NCBI GenBank assembly: GCA_041660605.1
Contig: JBAZWB010000002.1
Location: 305,940-347,065, forward strand
DNA length: 41,126 bases
DNA from: Patescibacteria group bacterium
GTDB taxonomy: Bacteria; Patescibacteriota; Patescibacteriia; UBA10025; JAHIVO01
Direction: 5' to 3'
Shown piece after piece: positions 34,348-41,126 of this stretch. Under the pieces are notes generated by a model. The model ran no database searches. It had not been told where the DNA came from and worked only from the letters and a program-made list of their open reading frames with translations. Position numbers and translations under genes: made by a program. The stretch's first letter is position 1; each line of letters starts with the position of its first letter.

Positions 34348-34376
34348 TTGACAAGCGTTTATATAGGGACTAATGT
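34348..34376 (+). promoter_or_regulatory. consensus sigma-70-type promoter of the GC-rich island
   Basis: TTGACA (34348-34353), 17 nt, TAATGT (34371-34376). A ~200-nt hairpin-rich leader follows. Confidence 0.5.
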
Positions 34377-34581
34377 TGGATGAAGAACAAAAAAGAGTCC
34401 TTTGACAACGTGGTCAAGGATACCCAAAAACAGCGCATGGAGCGTTCTTATATAGGAGAATTCAACCATCACACAACAGAGCAAGAAAGGAGTTGTGTAT
34501 ATTCATGATTAAGAGAGCCAAGGGGGATTGGTTGCTCTTTTGATTTATGCACATTTGAAACACCTTTTTCAGGAGAAAAAA

Positions 34582-35205
34582 ATGAAAGAATACCTTGCAG
34601 CAATTGCCGCACTGCTCCTCTTGGGTGCCCCTGGAATTCGGGCAGCCAATAATAACTCTGCCGATACAGCAATAACGCAGTTATCGCAGCAGTTTTCCAC
34701 TGTTGATCAGGCGGCAAGAGCAATCTGGTCAGCACGAGTCGGGAGAGGAACTTGCACGCCCTTTGTGCTTGGACCTATTCCAGGAAAGACGAATTTCTAT
34801 CTGGTGTATTTCCTGACGCCCGACTACAGGTCATTCTTCGGAATCGCGACCATCGTCGTGGAAGGCACGCACTTCTGCGTACCGCCCATGGGTTGCTGCT
34901 TCTTTTACCAGAGCGGCAAAGCCGAAGGTACGTTTAACCTTTCCCTGTACGATGCAGGTAAAGTGAAGAAGTACGTCGCGGATCGCTATTCCACTATCGG
35001 ATTAGTGAAAAATGTTCGGTTGATCCAGCCGGGCATCAGCATCTTCACCTGGCTGTGGGAAATCACAACCCAGTCACAGACATACTACCTGTATGTCGTT
35101 GATGATCAAGGATATGGCCAGCTCCTGTCGCAGGCAGAGCTTGATCACGCACGGGCTGCCGACGTAGTGAAGGTTGACAGTGTGATCACTGACAGGAGGA
35201 AGTAA
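34582..35205 (+). CDS. secreted hypothetical protein (signal peptide)
   Basis: The start was moved to MKEYLAAIAALLLLGAPGIRAANN, a signal peptide preceded by an AGGAG RBS. The stop lies 1 nt before the next ATG. Confidence 0.55.
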   Translation: MKEYLAAIAALLLLGAPGIRAANNNSADTAITQLSQQFSTVDQAARAIWSARVGRGTCTPFVLGPIPGKTNFYLVYFLTPDYRSFFGIATIVVEGTHFCVPPMGCCFFYQSGKAEGTFNLSLYDAGKVKKYVADRYSTIGLVKNVRLIQPGISIFTWLWEITTQSQTYYLYVVDDQGYGQLLSQAELDHARAADVVKVDSVITDRRK

Positions 35206-35206
35206 G

Positions 35207-36925
35207 ATGAAGAACCGTAAACATATCTTGCGAGGACTGTGCATTGCAGTTCTGCTCCTCATTGTCTCAGCATTATGCTCAGGTTGCATATTTCCTTTCA
35301 GCATCATTGGCAACTGGGGTTATGTCCGGGCACCGGGTGTCTCCATCGAAGTTGTCAATTTTAATGGTGATCCGGTCACCTACCTCTCCCAGCCCAACAA
35401 CATTACCTGCGCTGCCACCACGGCCTGCATGATTGGCAATTTCTATGGCTTATCGTGGTACACTTCCGATGCAGACATCCTGCAGGTTCATGACTTCATG
35501 ACCAATGGGAATCCAAACCGGCGTGCTACCTACGGGGAATTTGTAAGTTACTGCCAAATGCAGTTCCTGGCACTCAATTGGGCGACCATCGGCGCTGGAA
35601 CGGCAGATGGGATCATTAACTCCCTTCCTGATGTCATTGAAGCAGGCGACCCCGCGACGCTTGATGGGGGCACGGCTGGCGACGAACACATCTTGCCATG
35701 TGTTGGGCTGGTTTACGACTCTAATAAATACTACAATCCTGTCTTTCCGGAAAAGTACGTCACCGACTTAATCGTTGCTGATCCATTGCAACGCGGCCGT
35801 TGGAATGGTGGTATGACGCTGAAGAGTCGTAATGATATTGCCACCTGGATGGTCCGTCACAGCACGGCACAAGGTAACCTCTATTTAACATTCCACCGGG
35901 TTAACTTTTACAAAAGCCCGCTACCAGAAGGCCTGCAATACGTTACTACGCAATCAATTGCTTCCGGACATCAGGATTCGTATGAGCTGCAACCATTGCT
36001 GCGCAACCGGCCGTGGGAAGATTACGAAATCGCCTTTATGCATAACGACGATGCTTTTCTGCCGCCGGCGCCAGATAATTTAGCCGACACCATGACCTGT
36101 GTCGCGCTGGTGCTGATGCAGAAATCCGGCTTACTGAATGACGTTGCCCAATTCCCATGGCTGGCGGATGTATTGGCGAATTCCGAGATAACGCAGGCCT
36201 TCCAGGTAGACAAACTCGGACAGGCTAAAGACATGCCGGACTACCGCTGGTATTGCCAGGTCATTACACATACGGGCAATGGTTCTACGTTAACGGTCGG
36301 CGAGACGGTGTTTGATTATGACCGATTCAATCGAACGATTACACCTAAATGGTGCGCGCTCTTCGCAACTCCATACAGTGATGGCATACCGCAGTACTCG
36401 AAACGTGCGACTGCACACATTCTCTCCGCTGACGCATACAATCGAAAAGAGGACGTGCAACGCAAGTATCCGGGCTCAACGGCGATTCCATTCAATATGG
36501 CGAAAGATGAATGGCCCGGAAGTCTCAAGTGGCACATCAGTGGCGGAGATTTAGCGGAACCGATCATTATGAGCCGTGGCGGCTTACAAATGGTTTGGGA
36601 TATCACGCGTCAGGACTTTGTCTTCCTCGAGGATTTGAAACATGCCTCTGACCGTGGTCCTATTCCTTCTGAATTCCAACTCTCGCAGAATTTCCCGAAT
36701 CCCTTCAATCCGACCACGACCATTCGCTTTAGCCTGCCGGCACAAGTGCCTTGGACTCTGGATGTCGTCAACATCCTCGGCCAAACCATTCAAACGTATA
36801 TTGGCGAAGGAATTGGCTCGCAACAGGTCAGTTGGGACGCGCAGGGTCAATCGTCCGGCGTCTACTTCTACCGGCTTATGGCTGGTGACTTCACGGAAAC
36901 CAAAAAGATGGTTCTGCTGAAGTAG
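35207..36925 (+). CDS. secreted protein with a putative C39-like papain-fold peptidase domain and a T9SS type-A C-terminal sorting domain
   Basis: N-terminal signal/anchor MKNRKHILRGLCIAVLLLIVSALCSGC. QPNNITCAATTACMIGNFYG resembles the C39-like catalytic-Cys region. The last ~80 aa (LSQNFPNPFNPTTTIRFSLP ... SGVYFYRL ... TKKMVLLK) match the Por/T9SS sorting domain consensus. Confidence 0.7.
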   Translation: MKNRKHILRGLCIAVLLLIVSALCSGCIFPFSIIGNWGYVRAPGVSIEVVNFNGDPVTYLSQPNNITCAATTACMIGNFYGLSWYTSDADILQVHDFMTNGNPNRRATYGEFVSYCQMQFLALNWATIGAGTADGIINSLPDVIEAGDPATLDGGTAGDEHILPCVGLVYDSNKYYNPVFPEKYVTDLIVADPLQRGRWNGGMTLKSRNDIATWMVRHSTAQGNLYLTFHRVNFYKSPLPEGLQYVTTQSIASGHQDSYELQPLLRNRPWEDYEIAFMHNDDAFLPPAPDNLADTMTCVALVLMQKSGLLNDVAQFPWLADVLANSEITQAFQVDKLGQAKDMPDYRWYCQVITHTGNGSTLTVGETVFDYDRFNRTITPKWCALFATPYSDGIPQYSKRATAHILSADAYNRKEDVQRKYPGSTAIPFNMAKDEWPGSLKWHISGGDLAEPIIMSRGGLQMVWDITRQDFVFLEDLKHASDRGPIPSEFQLSQNFPNPFNPTTTIRFSLPAQVPWTLDVVNILGQTIQTYIGEGIGSQQVSWDAQGQSSGVYFYRLMAGDFTETKKMVLLK

Positions 36926-36943
36926 AATCTTATGAACTTTCGA

Positions 36944-36975
36944 AAAACCCGATGCGGTTGCACCGGGTTTTATTA
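36944..36975 (+). terminator. intrinsic terminator of the island operon
   Basis: aaaacccg / cgggtttt stem with an inner tgc/gca extension, followed by a T-rich tract. Confidence 0.6.
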
Positions 36976-37004
36976 TCGAATAAATAAATTATTAAACTCT
37001 GTGC

Positions 37005-37033
37005 TTGTCCAAAAAGCTTTTTTTAGCTATGGT
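37005..37033 (+). promoter_or_regulatory. promoter-like element for the CCA-adding enzyme gene
   Basis: TTGTCC, 17 nt, TATGGT. It lies 13 nt before the ATG. Confidence 0.3.
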
Positions 37034-37045
37034 TAAGTCGTACCT

Positions 37046-38527
37046 ATGCAAAAATTAATTAAATTACTCCAGCAAAAACAATTTTCTTTTATAAAAAGAC
37101 TGCAAAAAGCCTTTCCGCCTTCTGAAGTTTTTCTGGTTGGCGGAATTATCCGGGATGTTATCTTAAATCGCCAGTCAAAAGATTACGACTTCGTGGTTCG
37201 CCAGGTGCCGATCAACAGGCTCCAGGCCTGGCTGAAAAAACAGGGCTGGATGGATCTGGTGGGCAAAAACTTCGGCGTACTTAAATTCCTACCCCACAAC
37301 GCACAACCAATAACCCACAACCAACAACCCACCGAGCCATTTGATATCGCCCTCCCGAGGACAGAACACGCTTTTGATACCGGCGGGTATCGGGATTTCA
37401 AAGTGCAATCAGACGCAAAACTGCCGATTGAGAAGGATCTGGGGCGCCGCGATTTCACCATTAACGCATTAGCTTATGACATTAAAAATAAAAAATTGAT
37501 TGACCTCTTTGGCGGGCTTAAGGATATCAAGGATAAAAGGATTAAAACCGTTGGTAAGCCAGAACAGCGGTTTCGGGAAGATTATTCTCGTATGCTGCGG
37601 GCTTTGCGCTTCGCCTGCCAGTTGGAATTTAAAATTGAACCAAAAACCTGGCAGGCCATAAAAAAACTGATGAAAAACATTAATAATAAAAATGGCGGGG
37701 ATTATATTGTTCCACGTGAAACTATTGCGAAAGAAATGGCCAAGGCTTTTACCGCCAACCCAGCCCGCGCTTTTGGGCTATTTGACTCTTCCGGCGCGAC
37801 CAAAGCGCTAATGCCGGAAATGCTGAAAATGAAAGGCTGTCCACAGCCGAAAAATTTCCACTCCGAAGGGGACGTCTGGAAACATACTTTAATTTGCCTG
37901 AAAAATCTGGAGACAACCGCTTTTAAAAAAGAATTTGGCAAGGAAAAAAACTCGCCGGAACTTATTTTCGCTCTGGTTATCCATGATTTGGGCAAGCCCT
38001 ACACTATTGAGAAACTGGATAGATTAAGATTCAATAACCACGATGCGGTTGGCGCGGACATGGGCGAGTCCATCATGAAACGGCTGAAAATCTCCAGCGC
38101 CGGCGTTGACGTGGACAAAGCCGCCTGGCTGGCCAGGAAGCATATGATCGTCACGCATACGAAAAAATCGCCAATGAAAAAAACAACTCTGGAAAAATAT
38201 TTCTTCAATGAACTGCTGCCCGGCCGTGACCTGCTGAAAGTAACCTATGCCGACATCATGGCTACCATTCCTCCTAATGGCCGGCCCGACTTCACTGAAT
38301 ACCGAAGCCTAAAAAAGCAGATCAGCAAACTGAAAGGCCTGACGCGCCGAAAAATCAATCTGCCTCCGGAAATCCTGGATGGCGATGAAATAATGAAAAA
38401 ATTTAAACTGTCTCCCGGCCCGAAAATCGGTGAACTGAAAAACCTCTTACGTGAAGAGCAGCTGAAAGGGAACATTAAAACCAAGAAACAAGCTTACGCT
38501 TTATTAAAAAAAGAGGGACGTACTTAA
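37046..38527 (+). CDS. cca: CCA-adding enzyme / tRNA nucleotidyltransferase with HD domain
   Basis: GGIIRDVILNR..KDYDF head motif, RRDFTINA, RALRFA, and an HD region (VIHDLGKP). Confidence 0.8.
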   Translation: MQKLIKLLQQKQFSFIKRLQKAFPPSEVFLVGGIIRDVILNRQSKDYDFVVRQVPINRLQAWLKKQGWMDLVGKNFGVLKFLPHNAQPITHNQQPTEPFDIALPRTEHAFDTGGYRDFKVQSDAKLPIEKDLGRRDFTINALAYDIKNKKLIDLFGGLKDIKDKRIKTVGKPEQRFREDYSRMLRALRFACQLEFKIEPKTWQAIKKLMKNINNKNGGDYIVPRETIAKEMAKAFTANPARAFGLFDSSGATKALMPEMLKMKGCPQPKNFHSEGDVWKHTLICLKNLETTAFKKEFGKEKNSPELIFALVIHDLGKPYTIEKLDRLRFNNHDAVGADMGESIMKRLKISSAGVDVDKAAWLARKHMIVTHTKKSPMKKTTLEKYFFNELLPGRDLLKVTYADIMATIPPNGRPDFTEYRSLKKQISKLKGLTRRKINLPPEILDGDEIMKKFKLSPGPKIGELKNLLREEQLKGNIKTKKQAYALLKKEGRT

Positions 38528-38559
38528 TGACGACCCTCAGATACCCATATGTCAGCGTA

Positions 38560-39120
38560 CTACAACTTAGCCGCTTCATTAGACAGGACAAAATCTGTGA
38601 TGGCTTCGCGGAAATCAATGAATTTTTCCGCTACCTTTTCAAGGTAATTAGCGATAACCGTTCCGACAACCAGTGGCACAGTTAAGCCTTCTCCCCGTTT
38701 TTTCTCCTCACCGAATTCAACCACTAACTGCGCTACTGCCCCTTTACGAAGTGTATCTTGTACATTGCTGGAAAAAGGGAAATATTTCCCGGATCCTCGC
38801 GGCCAATCCTCATTGAAATCAACCTGGAATAACCGGGAAGCATCTTGTTCTAAGAAATCATCAATTCCCTCGATTCCCCTGTCAAGACTGCGGTCAACCT
38901 CCGGCCAGATAACTGTTTCTACATATTGATTCAGCAGGCGATATAGTCTAGCGCCAGGATCTTCTTTAGACGGGTCGAGATCCAGATCCAGTTTAGGATC
39001 CTTACGGGGATATTTTCTCTTGAACCATTGCTCGAAATCCGCACTAATCTCATCGTTCTGCCGTATTAGCTCATATACCAAAAAAACAGCCAATACTCTA
39101 AAGAACTTTTTGCACTTCAT
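38560..39120 (-). CDS. hypothetical protein with an N-terminal hydrophobic segment
   Basis: 186-aa ORF; no family recognised. Confidence 0.4.
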   Translation of the reverse strand: MKCKKFFRVLAVFLVYELIRQNDEISADFEQWFKRKYPRKDPKLDLDLDPSKEDPGARLYRLLNQYVETVIWPEVDRSLDRGIEGIDDFLEQDASRLFQVDFNEDWPRGSGKYFPFSSNVQDTLRKGAVAQLVVEFGEEKKRGEGLTVPLVVGTVIANYLEKVAEKFIDFREAITDFVLSNEAAKL

Positions 39121-39163
39121 GCTCTCTCCTCTGAAAATTTGTTTTCCTTTTTAACTTCATACT

Positions 39164-40153
39164 ATGTTATCACCAGGCAATAAAATTGTCAATAAAACAG
39201 TAACTTCAGCGGATTCCGGCCAGCGGCTTGATAAAATTCTGGTTAAACTCCTGCCCGACGTCTCCCGCTCGCAAATCCAGAAGCTGATAAAATCCGGCAC
39301 TGTTTTGGTTAACGGGAAAATTCCCGTAGTCCATCAGTTTTTAAAAACAGGCGATATTATTAATATTAACCGAGCGCAGGTGTCTCTGCCTGCGCGAGGC
39401 GACGAAATGCCTAAAACGGAAAACCAATCCCAGGCACGGAGACCTGGGCTTGGACTTATACTGGATGTAATTGCCGACACGCCCGACTATCTGGTCATCA
39501 ACAAACCCGCCGGCCTGCTGGTCCACGAGGCCCCGAATACTAACGAACCGACGGTGGTGGATTTAATTCTGAAAAAATATCCGGAAATTAAAAAAGTTGG
39601 TGAAGATCCCCAACGGCCGGGCATTGTCCACCGGCTGGACAAGCAAGTCTCCGGCCTTTTGGTGATTGCCAAAACGCAGAATATGTTCGACCATTTAAAA
39701 AACCAATTTAAAACCCGCCAGACCAGAAAAGACTATCTGGCTTTGGTCTATGGCCAGCCGCAAAAAAATGCGGGAGAAATTTCTTTCAACATTGACCGCA
39801 GCAGCACTATTGACCATAAAATGGCCGCCGTCCCCACACACGAAGAACGGGGCCGCCGGGCCGTCACAAAATTTGAAGTGGCTGAAAGCTTTCCCCAGTA
39901 TTCATTGCTGAAAATTTCGCCGCTGACCGGCCGCACCCACCAGATCCGCGTGCATCTGAACGCCTACGGATTGCCGATTGTCGGGGACGAAACTTATAAG
40001 CCAAAAAAGCTGAAAACTAAGATAAGAATGCCGAGAATTTTCCTCCATGCCTATCGTTTGGGATTTTTTGACCTAAAAAATGGATGGCAGGAATTCACCG
40101 CGCCGCTGCCGCCGGAACTGGAGCAGCTGCTGAAAAAATTGAGAAATCATTGA
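39164..40153 (+). CDS. rluD: RluA/RluD-family 23S rRNA pseudouridine synthase with N-terminal S4 domain
   Basis: S4-like start (RLDKILV...SRSQIQKLI), catalytic HRLDKQVSGLLVIAK, and GRTHQIRVHL. Confidence 0.8.
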   Translation: MLSPGNKIVNKTVTSADSGQRLDKILVKLLPDVSRSQIQKLIKSGTVLVNGKIPVVHQFLKTGDIININRAQVSLPARGDEMPKTENQSQARRPGLGLILDVIADTPDYLVINKPAGLLVHEAPNTNEPTVVDLILKKYPEIKKVGEDPQRPGIVHRLDKQVSGLLVIAKTQNMFDHLKNQFKTRQTRKDYLALVYGQPQKNAGEISFNIDRSSTIDHKMAAVPTHEERGRRAVTKFEVAESFPQYSLLKISPLTGRTHQIRVHLNAYGLPIVGDETYKPKKLKTKIRMPRIFLHAYRLGFFDLKNGWQEFTAPLPPELEQLLKKLRNH

Positions 40154-40178
40154 CAAAATGTCATTAAATAGCTATGCT
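40150..40178 (+). promoter_or_regulatory. sigma-70-type promoter for rplS
   Basis: TTGACA (40150-40155, overlapping the rluD stop), 17 nt, TATGCT (40173-40178). Confidence 0.45.
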
Positions 40179-40210
40179 GAATTCTACAAATAATTAACTA
40201 ATTGAATTTT

Positions 40211-40549
40211 ATGCCCACAATCTACAAATTGAATCAGGAAAAATTAAAAAAAGATCTGCCTGATATCGGACCAGGCTGCACGGTCGTAGTCCATCAGAAA
40301 ATCAAGGAAGGCGAGAAAGAAAGGGTGCAGAAATATGAAGGGATCGTCATTTCCCGCCGCGGTAAAAAGGGCCTGTCAGACACCATCACCGTCAGGAAAA
40401 TTTCTGAAGGCATCGGCGTGGAAAAAATATTTCCCGTGCATTCACCGACCATCACCAAAATCGAGGTGCTGAAAAAAGCCAAGGTACGGCGGGCCAAGCT
40501 TTATTTCCTGAAGGATTATAAAAAGCGCCTCAAAGAGGTGAAAGCTTAA
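40211..40549 (+). CDS. rplS: 50S ribosomal protein L19
   Basis: GPGCTVVVHQKIKEGEKERVQKYEGIVI ... ITVRK ... GVEKIFPVHSP pattern. The ATG at 40211 is preferred over the TTG at 40202. Confidence 0.9.
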   Translation: MPTIYKLNQEKLKKDLPDIGPGCTVVVHQKIKEGEKERVQKYEGIVISRRGKKGLSDTITVRKISEGIGVEKIFPVHSPTITKIEVLKKAKVRRAKLYFLKDYKKRLKEVKA

Positions 40550-40555
40550 TATTTC

Positions 40556-40603
40556 GCGGACGTGGCCCTACACCACTTCGCTACCGCTCCGGATGCAGGG
40601 CAA
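40556..40603 (+). pseudogene. tRNA-Leu 5' remnant (nt 1-15) split by a 33-nt insert
   Basis: gcggacgtggc [40567-40599] gcaa equals the first 15 nt of the intact tRNA-Leu 46 nt downstream. Confidence 0.5.
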
Positions 40604-40648
40604 ACTCCATTTGCTATAGTTTTTTACAATCAATCCGAATAACTCTAT

Positions 40649-40736
40649 GCGGACGTGGCGCAATTTGGTAGACGCGCTAGCTTGAGGTGCTAGTGCCCTC
40701 ACGGGCTTGGAGGTTCAAGTCCTCTCGTCCGCACCA
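40649..40736 (+). tRNA. tRNA-Leu (anticodon GAG), class II long variable arm, CCA encoded
   Basis: gcggacg tg ... ctagc ttgaggt gctag, variable arm tgccctcacgggctt, T-arm ggagg ttcaagt cctct, acceptor cgtccgc, then a cca. Close to the E. coli tRNA-Leu layout. Confidence 0.9.
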
Positions 40737-40856
40737 TAATAAGTTTATAAAAATACCGAGTCCGCCCTTGGGCGGACGAGGAAAAGGAGAAATGGTACGA
40801 AGGGTGTAGTGACCGGCGATCAGCCGGATACGGAACCCACAGTACCATTTGGACGT

Positions 40857-40932
40857 GGTGGCTATAGCACAGTGGTCAGTGCACTGGTCTGTGGCACCAG
40901 GAACGAGGGTTCAAATCCCTCTAGCCACCCCA
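40857..40932 (+). tRNA. tRNA-His (anticodon GTG) with encoded G-1 and CCA
   Basis: g gtggcta ta gcac agtggtca gtgc a ctggt ctgtggc accag gaac gaggg ttcaaat ccctc tagccac c cca. Confidence 0.9.
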
Positions 40933-41109
40933 GAACAGCCCATTTAAACAGGAAGTGGTTTGTTTTGGTATTAGAGAAATTTTACGGCTCGGGATTTGAA
41001 CGGGCAGAAGCGAGTCAACACTGAGTAAAACGAAGTGGCAGACGAGCGTCGACGAGCTGCCGGTGGCAGGTCGTCGCTGCCCAGGACGAGTCCCCGCAGG
41101 GGACGAGAT

Positions 41110-41126
41110 AATCCCTCTAGCCACCC
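41110..41126 (+). pseudogene. tRNA-His 3' remnant (T-loop to acceptor) at the window edge, preceded by GC-rich hairpins
   Basis: aatccctctagccaccc is identical to 40914-40930 of the intact gene. It is preceded by gacgagtccccgcaggggacgag, so the break lies inside the T-loop. Confidence 0.5.

Noticed and set aside
40809-41124. ORFs 40809..41024 (+) and 40921..41124 (-)
   Set aside because: Both are read through the tRNA-His gene and the GC-rich hairpin remnants, so they are not credible coding regions.
1-41126. CRISPR array or alternative genetic code
   Set aside because: I found no regularly spaced direct repeats; the repeats present are hairpins at irregular positions. TGA clearly serves as a stop (for example the ATGA overlaps at 3860-3863 and 4633-4636), and all conserved proteins read through in code 11.

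Overview
AT-rich, gene-dense bacterial window using the standard genetic code (TGA stops, ATGA start/stop overlaps). Short genes, a K/E-tailed NusA, a CarS-like gene, small GIY-YIG genes and a membrane pyrophosphatase suggest a small-genome CPR/Patescibacteria-type organism; this is inference only. From 3.5 to 25.5 kb there is an almost unbroken minus-strand housekeeping block: riboflavin kinase, IMPase, nfo, tig, a lipid-related gene string, hppA, nusA, rnhB, cmk-like, pnp, rpsO. The start of the window holds a 7TM protein plus an ATP-grasp ligase fused to a DUF1704/MATCAP-like metallopeptidase. The unusual part is the tRNA loci. All four intact tRNA genes (Arg-TCT, Lys-CTT, Leu-GAG, His-GTG) are flanked by partial copies of themselves. 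These remnants are interrupted in the D-, anticodon- (exactly 37/38) and T-loops by short GC-rich hairpin elements, which recur elsewhere in the window in both orientations. At two loci an ~85-aa GIY-YIG nuclease ORF sits directly 5' of the intact tRNA and next to the broken copy. This looks like a nuclease-plus-replacement-tRNA cassette that displaces the resident gene. Other notable items: (a) a visibly more GC-rich two-gene island at 34.3-37.0 kb, with its own consensus promoter, encoding secreted proteins, one with a textbook T9SS C-terminal sorting domain; (b) a 760-nt ORF-free spacer at 20.3-21.1 kb containing an orphan consensus promoter and an intrinsic terminator on the minus strand, a candidate ~350-nt ncRNA; (c) a second small island at 27.9-28.7 kb. 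No CRISPR array, rRNA or recognisable defence system was seen.
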